Of a stretch of 64,000 nucleotides of DNA, positions 1 through 9,454 are shown one piece after another (position 1 is the stretch's first letter; every line of letters starts with the position of its first letter). Below the pieces are notes generated by a model. The model had not been told where the DNA came from, made no database searches, and saw only the letters and a list, made by a program, of their open reading frames with translations. Both the position numbers and the translations under genes were made by a program. The stretch is from NCBI GenBank assembly GCA_038150265.1, contig JAYOTF010000014.1, positions 1 to 64,000 of the forward strand. The letters run 5' to 3'. Source of the DNA: Deltaproteobacteria bacterium (GTDB lineage: Bacteria; SAR324; NAC60-12).

Positions 1-168
1 CACATCCGCGAGCTGCAGCGTGAGCTCAAACGCAAGGAGAAGGCGCTGGCGGAGAAGGTGGCAGAGGGTTCACGCAAGCGGGTGCTGGGAAAAAAAGCAC
101 AGGCGATCTGGGAAAAAGACAGGAGGCCCTACACCTCCGACCAGTTCACCCACTGGCTTCCGGACTGA
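1..168 (+). mobile_element. 3' end of an IS3-family transposase orfA-like sequence (partial, probably a remnant)
   Basis: Frame 1 reads HIRELQRELKRKEKALAEK...VLGKKAQAIWEKD, resembling the ELxRKEKALAE...KKAQAIW end of IS3-family OrfA. An A7G run lies at 90-97. There is no room for orfB before the convergent gene ending at 129. Confidence 0.55.
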
Positions 169-1307
169 TGCGAACGGAGCGCGGCTTCAATGAAGCGCAT
201 GCCCTCAATGCCGGCATCCAGTCCGGGAATGCTCACCGACTCCGGAACCGGCTGTCCATGCCGGTAGGCGAGCAGGGCTTCGGCAAGATCAGTGTAGAGG
301 TTGGCAAATCCCTCCAGGTAGCCTTCCGGAAGTCCGGCGGGCACGCGTGTGCCGCGGGTGGCTTTGGAAGACAACCCGGGGCCTCCCCGCGTCAGGCGCT
401 GCGGCGGCTCTCCCAACCGAGTCAGCACCAACGTGTTGGGCTCGGACTGCAGCCACTGGAGGCTCGCCTGCTCGCCATAGATCCGGAGGCGCAGGTCATT
501 TTCATGGCCGGGAGCCACCTGGCTGGCCCAGAGCATGCCCCTGGCGCCTTCCGCAAACCGCAGGAGGACGTGGACGTTGTCATCCAGCCGCCTTCCGGGA
601 ACAAACGAGCTCAGGTCTGCCAGCAGGGCCTCCGGAGTCAGGCGACTGACAAAGCAGGCCAGGTGAAAGGCGTGGGTTCCAATGTCGCCAAGGCTGCCAC
701 CGCTTCCCGCCCGCTCCGGATCCGTCCGCCACTCAGCCTGCTTGTGCCCGCTCCGTTCCAGATCGGTACTGAGCCAATCCTGCGGGTATTCCACCTGCAC
801 CACCCGGATCTTCCCCAGTGCTCCCTGCGACACCAGGTGCCGTGCCTCCTGAATGAGCGGGTACCCACTGTAATTGTAGGTCACGGCAAACAAGCGCTGC
901 TGCTGCTCCGTCAGTTCCTGCAAGCCCGTGACTTCCTTCAGGTTGGCGGCCAGTGGCTTGTCACAGATGACATGGATTCCGGCCTCCAGAAAGGTCCGGG
1001 CAACCGGGACATGCAGGTGGTTCGGAGTCACAATGACCACGGCCTCAATCCCGTCAGCCCGCTCACTTTCTGCCCGGGCCATCTCTTCGTAATGGCTGTA
1101 ACAGCGGCTCGGATCCAACCCCAGGGCCAGCCCCGAGTGCAGCGCGCGTGCAGGATCGGAACACAGGGCGCCCGCCAGGAACTCGAAACGGTCATCCATC
1201 CGTGCAGCCAGACGATGCACGGCTCCGATAAAGGCACCATCGCCTCCCCCCACCATGCCAAAGCGGACGCGAGGCTCAAAGTAGGATTTTTCAAATTCCA
1301 TCTTCAT
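129..1307 (-). CDS. Gfo/Idh/MocA family NAD(P)-dependent oxidoreductase
   Basis: [12 protein letters not shown]ossmann start, VTPNHLH, HVICDKP and GDIGTH motifs. Confidence 0.9.
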   Translation of the reverse strand: MKMEFEKSYFEPRVRFGMVGGGDGAFIGAVHRLAARMDDRFEFLAGALCSDPARALHSGLALGLDPSRCYSHYEEMARAESERADGIEAVVIVTPNHLHVPVARTFLEAGIHVICDKPLAANLKEVTGLQELTEQQQRLFAVTYNYSGYPLIQEARHLVSQGALGKIRVVQVEYPQDWLSTDLERSGHKQAEWRTDPERAGSGGSLGDIGTHAFHLACFVSRLTPEALLADLSSFVPGRRLDDNVHVLLRFAEGARGMLWASQVAPGHENDLRLRIYGEQASLQWLQSEPNTLVLTRLGEPPQRLTRGGPGLSSKATRGTRVPAGLPEGYLEGFANLYTDLAEALLAYRHGQPVPESVSIPGLDAGIEGMRFIEAALRSHQSGSQWVNWSEV

Positions 1308-1331
1308 CTCCTTCAGGCAAGAACACAGAAA

Positions 1332-2357
1332 TCAAGCTCCGGAGGCCCGCTGCCGCAGGCGTTCCATCATGGACTGAACCCGCTCCTCCATTGACCCCAC
1401 GGAAGAGGGCGAAGCAGCTCGGGCAGGCCCGGAAGCACGACGGGGCGTGGCGCTGGACTGACGCCCAGCCAGAGACCGGGTGTGCCCACGGACCTGCTCC
1501 GGATTCAAGTGGGACTGAACCATCAGGCTGACGCGCTGGAAGGCCTGCTGCCAGGCCGGATGCTGCCCATGCAGGTGCTCCTGCAGTCCACGTGGCCCCC
1601 ACCTCCGGAACAGCGCCTCCCGCCGCTCGGCGGAAGAGACATAAACCACCAGCGTCGCCCGGTTCGGAGAAAGGCGATGGATGAACGCTGGCATGGTGCA
1701 ATGAGCCAGGTCCGGCGGCACCAGCTGCTCCCAGCGGTCTGCGAGGTCGGCTGACACTTCCTGATCATTTTGAGACTGCACGAGGTCTCCCACATGGCAG
1801 CGGATCGTGTCGATCTGCAACCCCGGCAGGTGTTCCTGCAGCAGCCTCCGGTAGGTGGCTTCCTCAAACCGAACCGCCTGGGCGATGGAGCCATCGTAGA
1901 CGGTCAGGTGCAGCACCACCTCCTTGAGGCGAAACTCGGCCTGCTGACGCAGCACCTGCTGCTCGTCATCGGTCAGGTGCCGCCCCAGTTGCTTCCTCAC
2001 GGCCCCAAAGAAGACGTCCGGACGCGGGTACGCCCGCCCGCTCAGGCTCCGGAGGCTGGCCTCCCAGGGGTCGGCTCCCAGGGCCTGCCCCACCCGCTCC
2101 AGGTACTCGGGAGTCACCGTAAACTGACGGGTCACCGAAAAGTTGCGCGGATAGGTATTTTGAGCAAGAAACGGGTCCACCCCCTGTAACCAGAGCTTGC
2201 GAAGTTGCGCCAACTGCATTAAATGCTTCTGTCCGGCTGCCTCAAAGATGCGTTGCAGCACAGACAGGGCAGACCGGGGCGCCGAAGTTTCGGGAGCCTC
2301 GTACCCAATGGCTTTCAAAAAGGCGGAGGGCGTGGTCGCCCGAGAACTCAGGGGCAT
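1332..2357 (-). CDS. Protein with two DciA/DUF721-like domains, the first interrupted by a helical insertion
   Basis: Two copies of the pattern W..xV...LA..T.P ... L.(L/V).V....: LRKLWLQGVDPFLAQNTYP..VLHLTVYDGSIAQAVRF and LADRWEQLVPPDLAHCTMP..TLVVYVSSAERREAL. Start ATG 2357 chosen; the ORF is open to 2384. Confidence 0.55.
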   Translation of the reverse strand: MPLSSRATTPSAFLKAIGYEAPETSAPRSALSVLQRIFEAAGQKHLMQLAQLRKLWLQGVDPFLAQNTYPRNFSVTRQFTVTPEYLERVGQALGADPWEASLRSLSGRAYPRPDVFFGAVRKQLGRHLTDDEQQVLRQQAEFRLKEVVLHLTVYDGSIAQAVRFEEATYRRLLQEHLPGLQIDTIRCHVGDLVQSQNDQEVSADLADRWEQLVPPDLAHCTMPAFIHRLSPNRATLVVYVSSAERREALFRRWGPRGLQEHLHGQHPAWQQAFQRVSLMVQSHLNPEQVRGHTRSLAGRQSSATPRRASGPARAASPSSVGSMEERVQSMMERLRQRASGA

Positions 2358-2393
2358 CGTTCCTCTGGATTGAGAATCAACCAAACACGTACC

Positions 2394-2939
2394 ATGAGCA
2401 CCATACCCGGGATTTTAGCAGCCATGCCCAACTTGCAGGATCCGTATTTTTCCAAAACGGTCATTCTGCTCTGCAACTACGACCAAGACGGTGCCTTCGG
2501 TTTGGTGATGAATCAACCCTCCACCCTGCAGGTGAAGGAGGTCCTGACAGATGCCTTCAAGGATCACCCGGCGTTTGAGGTGCCGCTGCTGGTGGGTGGG
2601 CCTGTGCAGCCCGAATCCTTTTGGGCGGTCCACACCAACGACTTTGAAGGCGAAAGCACCAGCCGACTGTCTCCGGGCCTCAACCTGAGTGCGGCACCGG
2701 ATGTCCTCAAGGCCCTGATCGAGGACCACGGACCGTCTCAGTACCACCTTGGCTGCGGCTACGCCGGGTGGGGGGCGAAGCAACTGGACCACGAAATCGA
2801 GGACGAGTCGTGGTGGCTCGGGCCGCTGGAGCAAGACCTCCTGTTAAGCCTCGACTACCCGGCCCGCTGGGAGACCCTGCTGCAGCGCTGGGGCATTGAC
2901 CCCCTGCAGGAAGCCATCCAGCAAAACGGCTACGTTTAG
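2394..2939 (+). CDS. yqgE: YqgE/AlgH family protein
   Basis: LAAMPNLQDPYFSKTVILLC, GAFGLVMN, GGPV and GYAGWGAKQL..EI motifs. ATG at 2394. Confidence 0.9.
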   Translation: MSTIPGILAAMPNLQDPYFSKTVILLCNYDQDGAFGLVMNQPSTLQVKEVLTDAFKDHPAFEVPLLVGGPVQPESFWAVHTNDFEGESTSRLSPGLNLSAAPDVLKALIEDHGPSQYHLGCGYAGWGAKQLDHEIEDESWWLGPLEQDLLLSLDYPARWETLLQRWGIDPLQEAIQQNGYV

Positions 2940-4255
2940 GCCTCAGGGGTCAGCAGGCGTTTGCCATACACCACCGAGTCCTGGAAGTCATAGGCCTGTC
3001 GCTTCTGCTCGGGAAGCTGATCGGCTGAGAGGGGACGCATGCCCGCCTGCACAAAGACATGGGCGCTCCCCGTTGTGAGAGAAAAGAGCAGGGTGCAGCC
3101 CCACTCCCGGGCTTGCTCGGCAGCAGCCTGCAGCAACTCCCGCCCCACGCCTCGGTTCCGGAGGGTGCTATCCACCACCAGGCTTCCCACCTCCACCGCC
3201 AGCTCTGCTTCGTAGCGAATCAGCTCACAGCACCCCATGATCTCCTCATCGAGGCAGAAGAGCAGGAAGCGGTCGATGTGCCGGTTCAGGTCTTCCGGAG
3301 TCCGGAGGACCAGGGCCGCCTGCTGCACCGGACGCTGCAGGATGCGCTGAATGGCCGGGATGTCGCTCAGGCGAGCTGGCCGCACCTGACGGTAACGGCG
3401 ATCGGTCACCATCACCCCCAGCCCGGAGGGGCGCAGCAAGTCGGCCAGCAGGCTGCCGTCCAGCGTTCCATCAATCAACTGGCAGCGGGCCACCCCACGG
3501 CGGCACCCCTGAATCAGCGCCTCATACTCGGCCTGCCGTCCGGGCTCCAGCGTCTGGAGGCTCAGCCACTGCTCCATCGCTTCTGTGGTCAGGTGCAGGC
3601 CCTCGCCCTGCATCTCAAGAGGCCGTGCCCCAATGAGGATCAGTTTGCGGCTCCGGAGCCCAGACGCCAGCGCCACCGCGGTTTCAGCTGCCGACAGCAC
3701 CCACTCGCGTCCCTTCTCCCCAAGCGCCAGCGGCGGCACAATCACCAAACGGCTCTGGTCCAGCGCCGCCCGCAACGCATTCAGGTCAATCTGCTGAACC
3801 CGTCCACAGCGGTGCGCCTCGGGAGCGTCCATGAAGTCCACCGGCTCGGCACGGATCCAGTAGCTGGTGAGCGGACGCAGCTGGGAGTGCGTCGCGGTGA
3901 AGCGGTGCAGCAGTTCCCACACCAGAGAGGCCACCAACGGACGAACCCAGGGCAGGTGCGTCTCCGCCAGCACCAACCGCTGCTCCTGCCACCTGACCGG
4001 CGCCCCGGTTCGTTCCAGCTCCGCCTGCAGCTGTGGCGTCACATCAGGAACCAGCACCAGCCGCAGCCCTGCCTGGTGGAGCAACACCACGTCCTCCAGC
4101 AGGCGTCCGGAGTCGCGGCTCAGCAGCGTTCCATCCAGGTAAAGCACCATGACCGTCTCCCGGAACCCCTCCAGGTACGGCAGGGCCGAGCGCAGGTGTC
4201 GCAGAAAGGCGGCATCATCTGATTCAGAGGAAGCGTGGGCAGCCACCGAGTCCAT
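2936..4255 (-). CDS. argA: Amino-acid N-acetyltransferase (N-acetylglutamate synthase; AAK-like plus GNAT domains)
   Basis: FLRHLRSALPYL N-terminus, CRRGVARCQLIDG..DGSLL and a C-terminal GNAT (EVGSLVV...RNRGVG). ATG at 4255. Confidence 0.8.
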   Translation of the reverse strand: MDSVAAHASSESDDAAFLRHLRSALPYLEGFRETVMVLYLDGTLLSRDSGRLLEDVVLLHQAGLRLVLVPDVTPQLQAELERTGAPVRWQEQRLVLAETHLPWVRPLVASLVWELLHRFTATHSQLRPLTSYWIRAEPVDFMDAPEAHRCGRVQQIDLNALRAALDQSRLVIVPPLALGEKGREWVLSAAETAVALASGLRSRKLILIGARPLEMQGEGLHLTTEAMEQWLSLQTLEPGRQAEYEALIQGCRRGVARCQLIDGTLDGSLLADLLRPSGLGVMVTDRRYRQVRPARLSDIPAIQRILQRPVQQAALVLRTPEDLNRHIDRFLLFCLDEEIMGCCELIRYEAELAVEVGSLVVDSTLRNRGVGRELLQAAAEQAREWGCTLLFSLTTGSAHVFVQAGMRPLSADQLPEQKRQAYDFQDSVVYGKRLLTPEA

Positions 4256-4530
4256 AGGCGTGAGGTCCCGGAGGCGCTGGGCCGGCTCCGGAGAAACGGT
4301 TGGAGGAAATGAAAAATGCTGCTGCCTCCCGGGAGCCTCCGACCTTCCGAGCAGGCGGGGCGGCTGCTTGTGGAACCAGCGCGCTCCACTATGCCCGGAA
4401 TCCGCTGCAACCGCAAGAAAAGCGGGGTGGGCTTCCGGCGGAGGGTGCAGGAAACATTGACTATTTCCCGTCTGCAATTCAGGATATTTGATATTTACCC
4501 CGTGATTTTGCTCTGCAGTCTGAACCGACC

Positions 4531-5370
4531 ATGATCATCTCGTACAAACTCTCCCAGAAGGCCCTGAAATCGCTCCGCAAGAAGGGACTGAGTACCACAG
4601 CGATGGAAAGCCTGGAGCCTCTGAAGGAGCAGTGGTTCGAGACCCAGGAGGCCTTTGTGGGAAAGCTCCGGGCCACGCCAGCAGCCGGCGAGTTGGAGCC
4701 TTATGAGTCGGTGATTGTGCGTCAGGCCAAGGGCTACTTCCGGCTCGATAAGTGGATCCACAACCAAACGATCCGGGAGTGGGTCGAGGCCCTGATCTTT
4801 GCGCTGGTGGTGGCCACGGTGGTCCGGACGTACCTTGTGGCGCCGTTCAAGATTCCGTCCGGCTCCATGATCCCGACCATTCAGATTGGCGACCACATCT
4901 TTGCCTCCATGTGGACCTACGGGTCACCGGTTCCCTTCACCGACACCAAGCTCTTTCCACAAACGGTGGAGCGCGGCGACATCGTCATCTTCCCTTACCC
5001 GCGGGACCCTTCCGTGGACTACATCAAGCGCGCCATTGGCCTCCCGGGCGAAACGCTGGAGGTGCGCAACGACCAGGTCTTCATCAACGGGGAACCGCTG
5101 GAGGAGCCCTATGCGTTCTTTGATCCGCTGCAGCGCCTGCAGGCGCGAGGCACCGCCCCCGTGAGCTTCTTTGGACCCGTGACGATTCCGGAGGGCAAGC
5201 TCTTCGTAATGGGAGACAACCGCTACAACAGCGCCGACAGCCGCTTCTGGGGATTTGTGGACATCAACACCATCATGGGCAAGGGGCAATTCATCTACTG
5301 GTCTCACGACCCCCGGGAGACGCTGTTCACCGGGTATCACCTGGACCGCCTGTTCACCTTTTTGAAATAA
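4531..5370 (+). CDS. lepB: Signal peptidase I with an extra N-terminal helical module
   Basis: IPSGSMIPT (catalytic Ser), DYIKR (catalytic Lys), MGDNRYNSADSRFWG and one TM segment. Confidence 0.95.
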   Translation: MIISYKLSQKALKSLRKKGLSTTAMESLEPLKEQWFETQEAFVGKLRATPAAGELEPYESVIVRQAKGYFRLDKWIHNQTIREWVEALIFALVVATVVRTYLVAPFKIPSGSMIPTIQIGDHIFASMWTYGSPVPFTDTKLFPQTVERGDIVIFPYPRDPSVDYIKRAIGLPGETLEVRNDQVFINGEPLEEPYAFFDPLQRLQARGTAPVSFFGPVTIPEGKLFVMGDNRYNSADSRFWGFVDINTIMGKGQFIYWSHDPRETLFTGYHLDRLFTFLK

Positions 5371-5386
5371 ACCACGTCGGAATCCG

Positions 5387-6286
5387 ATGAGAACTGCAGA
5401 AGCCACGCTGTCCCGAAATGATCCCTGCTGGTGCGGGAGCGGCAAGAAGTACAAGAAGTGTCACTGGGGAAAGGACCGGGCTCAGGCGCTCCTCAAGGCG
5501 GCCCCCACGCCTCCGCGGCCGAGTCGGACCCGTGATGCCCGCAAGATCATCCTCAAAACGGAGGAGCAGATTGAAGGCATCCGCCGCAGCTGCCAGCTGA
5601 CCCGGAAGATCCTGGACGCCCTGACCGATTTTGTCCATGAGGGCCAGACCACCGAGGAGATCAATACCTTTGTGCATGAGATGACCCTCGATCATGGTGC
5701 CATTCCGGCGCCACTCAACTACCGGGGCTTCCCCAAGAGCGTCTGCACCTCCCTCAACCATGTGGTCTGCCACGGCATTCCGGACCAGACCCGCCTCCAG
5801 GACGGAGACATCATCAACATTGATGTCACCTGCATCCTCGACGGCTACTTTGGAGACGCCAGCCGCATGTACCAGATCGGCAACGTCGCCGAGCCGGCTC
5901 AGCGGCTGATTGAGGTGACCCGCGAGTGCCTGGAGTTGGGCATTCAGGAGGTCCAACCCTTCAAAACCGTTGGAGACATTGGGCACGTCATTCAGCGACA
6001 CGCCGAAGGGCACGGCTACTCCGTGGTGCGTGAATTTGCCGGACACGGGGTCGGCATCGAGTTCCACGAGGCCCCGCAGATCCTGCATTACGGCGATCCG
6101 GGCACAGGCCCCTTGCTCCAGCCCAATATGGTGTTTACCATAGAACCCATGATCAACATGGGACGACCTGAAAGCAAAGTCCTCAAGGACCGGTGGACCG
6201 CCGTCACAGTGGACGGCTCCCTGTCCGCTCAATGGGAACACACAGTCCGTGTGACCGAAACCGGTGTCGAAATCCTTTCGGCCTGA
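5387..6286 (+). CDS. map: Type I methionine aminopeptidase with N-terminal SEC-C motif
   Basis: RNDPCWCGSGKKYKKCH SEC-C motif, plus VCHGIP, DIINIDVT, GDASR, GHGVG..FHE, FTIEPM and SAQWEHT. Confidence 0.95.
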   Translation: MRTAEATLSRNDPCWCGSGKKYKKCHWGKDRAQALLKAAPTPPRPSRTRDARKIILKTEEQIEGIRRSCQLTRKILDALTDFVHEGQTTEEINTFVHEMTLDHGAIPAPLNYRGFPKSVCTSLNHVVCHGIPDQTRLQDGDIINIDVTCILDGYFGDASRMYQIGNVAEPAQRLIEVTRECLELGIQEVQPFKTVGDIGHVIQRHAEGHGYSVVREFAGHGVGIEFHEAPQILHYGDPGTGPLLQPNMVFTIEPMINMGRPESKVLKDRWTAVTVDGSLSAQWEHTVRVTETGVEILSA

Positions 6287-6317
6287 ACCTGAATCCTGCC
6301 ATCTAACGAGACTTGAC

Positions 6318-7370
6318 ATGGATCCTTGGAACCGCAATCAGAAGAAATCCCCGTGGGACAAGAACCAGAATCCCCCGGACATTGATGAGCTTCTGAACAA
6401 CCTGCAATCAAAGTTCAAGGGAGGACTGCCCCAGAAGAATTTTGCGGCGCTGGCGATTGTTGCCGTCATCGTCATCTGGCTGGCCACCGGATTCTTCATT
6501 GTCGATCCTCAGGAGCAAGGCATCATCAAGCGGTTCGGCGTGGTGCAGCAGATCGTGCCTCCAGGCCCGCACTACCACTTCCCCAGTCCGATTGAAACCG
6601 TTCAGATTGAGAAGGTGACGGCCATCCGCCGCATTGAGATCGGCTTCCGGACCATCGACCCTGGCCCGCCTGCGAAGTACCGGCAGGTCCGCAAGGAGTC
6701 ACTCATGCTGACCGGAGACGAAAACATCGTGGACGTCCAGTTCACCGTTCAGTACCGGATTGCCAACCTGGAGGACTACTTCTACCAGATGACCGAGCCC
6801 GAAGAGACCGTCAAGGCTGCAGCCGAGTCTGCCATGCGTGAGGTCGTCGGCGACAACAAGGTCATGGATGCCCTGACCGTGGGGAAAAGCATCATTGAAA
6901 CCGCGACGGCTCAGCTGCTCCAGGAAACCCTGGATAGCTACCAGTCCGGAATCCGCGTGGAGAACGTCAAGCTCCAGGACGTCCACCCGCCAGACCAGGT
7001 CAAGGAATCCTTCAAGGATGTCGTCAGCGCTCGGGAAGACCGAGAGAAGATGATCAATGAAGCCGAGGGATACAAGAACAACCTGATCCCGAAAGCACGG
7101 GGGGAGGCTGCCGAGATCCTCAACCAGGCTCAGGCGTACTACGACCAGACGGTGAACCAGGCCATCGGACAGGCCGATCGCTTCAACTCGATCTATGCCG
7201 AGTACCGCCAGGCAGAGGACATCACACGGGAGCGCATCCAGCTGGAGACGATGCAGATGGTCCTGCCTTCCAGCAACAAAGTGATTGCCGACAAGGAACT
7301 GGGCCAGAACTTCATGCCCTTCCTGCCCATCACCGAAATGCAGAAGCAAGCCAGCGCCGCCAACCGCTGA
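6318..7370 (+). CDS. hflK: FtsH protease modulator HflK (SPFH family)
   Basis: PW...PPDIDELL N-terminus, TM segment, MLTGDENIVDV, AAESAMREVVG and EAEGYKN..IPKARGEA. Confidence 0.92.
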   Translation: MDPWNRNQKKSPWDKNQNPPDIDELLNNLQSKFKGGLPQKNFAALAIVAVIVIWLATGFFIVDPQEQGIIKRFGVVQQIVPPGPHYHFPSPIETVQIEKVTAIRRIEIGFRTIDPGPPAKYRQVRKESLMLTGDENIVDVQFTVQYRIANLEDYFYQMTEPEETVKAAAESAMREVVGDNKVMDALTVGKSIIETATAQLLQETLDSYQSGIRVENVKLQDVHPPDQVKESFKDVVSAREDREKMINEAEGYKNNLIPKARGEAAEILNQAQAYYDQTVNQAIGQADRFNSIYAEYRQAEDITRERIQLETMQMVLPSSNKVIADKELGQNFMPFLPITEMQKQASAANR

Positions 7371-7383
7371 CCGCTTTTCCCCT

Positions 7384-7406
7384 GACACCTCCCTCCCGGA
7401 GGTGTC
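7384..7406 (+). terminator. GC-rich hairpin after hflK (possible terminator or mRNA stabiliser)
   Basis: GACACCTCC-ctccc-GGAGGTGTC perfect 9-bp stem, but only a weak U tail. Confidence 0.4.
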
Positions 7407-7570
7407 TTCCCCCCGACGTAACGCCTGAACGCCCCACGCCCGCTTGACGCCTCCAGCCCTGTCATCACGAAAGTGATTGTAGTTGCTGGGGAATTTCAAT
7501 AGGGTAGCGTAAACTCTGTTTTTGTGCCTCCAACCGGCCGCGCACCTTCCGGAACCTTTGTGACCGCCTT

Positions 7571-9364
7571 ATGCCGCAGCTTCCTCCTCCCCCTGGCCCC
7601 ACTCTGGATGGCGAGTTCTGGAGTCAGCTTCCGGAGGGCACCACGGCAGAAGAGCTCCAGGCTGGCCTCACCAGGAAGCTCGATCAGCTTGGCATCACCC
7701 TGCCCTACCGCCTGGCCGTCCTGAGCCTGATTCCCGGAGCCCCGCCTCCCGAGTCTCCGGAAGCCGTGCTGCACCAGGCGTCGCTCCGGACGTTGCTCAA
7801 TCGGCCCCTGCAGGCTCCAACACGAGAGAGCGGCATGGCGGCCATGAAGCTGCTCATGAATCAGGCCCGGAACACTCAGCTGCTCGCAGCCCTGCTCGCC
7901 GTCCGGCTGCAGGTCATTGAGTCGCTTCAGGACCAACCAGCCGAGGCGGTCACGCCCGCGGCTCAGAAGGCCCTGCACATCGATGCGCCCCTGGCGGCCC
8001 GGCTCGGAATCTTCTGGATCAAGGCTGAGCTGGAGGACCTCTCCTTCCGCATGCTCGACAGCGAGACCTACCGCCAGCTCAAGCGACTCGTGGGCAAGCG
8101 CCGGGACGACCGCGCCCAGCAGGTGGAGGAGCTGACCCGCGCCATCCGGGAGCTGCTGGAGCAGCATCACATGAAGCCGGAGGTGCAGGGACGCTACAAG
8201 CGGTTTTACTCCATCTTTGAAAAGCTCCCCAAGGTCGGAGGAGACTTCGACCGCATTCAGGACCTCATCGCCTTCCGCATCATCCTCCCAAGGGTTCGGG
8301 ACTGCTATGCCGCCCTGGGGTACATTCATGAACGGTGGAAGCCCAGGGAAAAGCGCTTCAAGGACTACATCAACCAACCCAAACCCAACGGGTATCAGTC
8401 GCTGCACACCACTCTGGAGGTGGCGCCAGACAGCCTGATTGAAGTCCAGATCCGGACGCACACCATGCACTCCATTGCCGAATACGGCGTGGCGGCCCAC
8501 TGGCGGTACAAGGATCAGCGACGTGGCTTGACGGAAGAGGTCAATCCGGAAGAAGGCGGAGGGTCAGAAGCCCAGCGGCAGGAGCTGGCGCTGGACTGGT
8601 ATGACGACCGGATCTTTGTTCAGACTCCGGCCCATGAGGTCATTGAGCTGCCCAGGGGAGCCACGGCTCTCGACTTTGCCTACGCCCTCCACAGCAAGAT
8701 TGGAGACACCACCGTTGGCGTCAAGCAGGATGGCGCCATTGTGAAGCTGGACACCAAGCTCCCCTCCGGATGCCAGGCGGAGGTGCTGACTTCTCCCAAG
8801 CAGGTCCCCAGCAAGGAATGGCTCGAGTTCGTGGTCACCCCTCGGGCTCGGCAGAAGATCCGGTACGCCATCCGACGTCAACAGCGGGCCCAGCTGCGAC
8901 TTCAGGGCATTGAGCAGGCGGAGAAGGCCTTTCGGCAGGCAGGCTTGAACTGGAACCGGCTCCTGAAGGAAGGGCGGCTGGAGCAGGCCTGTCAGCTCAA
9001 CCGGAACCAGAGCCTGGAGCACACCCTCTTCTGCATTGGGGAAGGCAGCGTCCGGGTCCATGAGCTGGTGGGGTGGTTTGCGGTGCAGGAAGAGGCAACG
9101 AAACCCCTGGAGCCTCCGAAGGAAGTTCGGCATGCGCCCAACACACCCGCCCGTTTCGTGGTCTCCGGTTTTGGGGACGTCGTGACGCGTGTGGCCAAGT
9201 GCTGCAACCCGCAGCCGTTTGTGCCGGTGATCGGGTACCTGGCTCAGGGCCGGGAGGTCCGGGTGCATCGCAGCGACTGCGAAGCCCTCCGGGAACTGGA
9301 GCCACAGCGGCTCGTGGAGGTCAGTTGGTCCGTTGCTGAAGACTCTCGCCCCGAGAAGAAGTAG
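7571..9364 (+). CDS. RelA/SpoT family (p)ppGpp synthetase (degenerate hydrolase region, SYNTH, TGS, zinc-finger-like domain, no ACT)
   Basis: APLAARLGI..IKAELEDL, GRYKRFYSI, DLIAFRI, RFKDYI..PKPNGYQSLHT, EVQIRT, AAHWRYK, LPRGATALDFAY and AKCCNP...HRSDC. Confidence 0.9.
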   Translation: MPQLPPPPGPTLDGEFWSQLPEGTTAEELQAGLTRKLDQLGITLPYRLAVLSLIPGAPPPESPEAVLHQASLRTLLNRPLQAPTRESGMAAMKLLMNQARNTQLLAALLAVRLQVIESLQDQPAEAVTPAAQKALHIDAPLAARLGIFWIKAELEDLSFRMLDSETYRQLKRLVGKRRDDRAQQVEELTRAIRELLEQHHMKPEVQGRYKRFYSIFEKLPKVGGDFDRIQDLIAFRIILPRVRDCYAALGYIHERWKPREKRFKDYINQPKPNGYQSLHTTLEVAPDSLIEVQIRTHTMHSIAEYGVAAHWRYKDQRRGLTEEVNPEEGGGSEAQRQELALDWYDDRIFVQTPAHEVIELPRGATALDFAYALHSKIGDTTVGVKQDGAIVKLDTKLPSGCQAEVLTSPKQVPSKEWLEFVVTPRARQKIRYAIRRQQRAQLRLQGIEQAEKAFRQAGLNWNRLLKEGRLEQACQLNRNQSLEHTLFCIGEGSVRVHELVGWFAVQEEATKPLEPPKEVRHAPNTPARFVVSGFGDVVTRVAKCCNPQPFVPVIGYLAQGREVRVHRSDCEALRELEPQRLVEVSWSVAEDSRPEKK

Positions 9365-9454
9365 GGGCGCTGGTGCCCTCCGGAGGGTTCTGTCCTGTGC
9401 CGGGAAACCGAAAGCGAACCGGAAAGCCCCGGACGCCTTCACGCCGTCTCCGCC

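Noticed and set aside
168..1394. 408-aa plus-strand ORF
   Set aside because: Antisense shadow of the Gfo/Idh/MocA gene with no motifs. Such shadows are expected in GC-rich DNA.
9376..9437. Palindrome CCCTCCGGAGGG and several GAAA-containing mini-hairpins between convergent genes
   Set aside because: I cannot match them to any structured RNA family. They are most likely terminator-related or chance.
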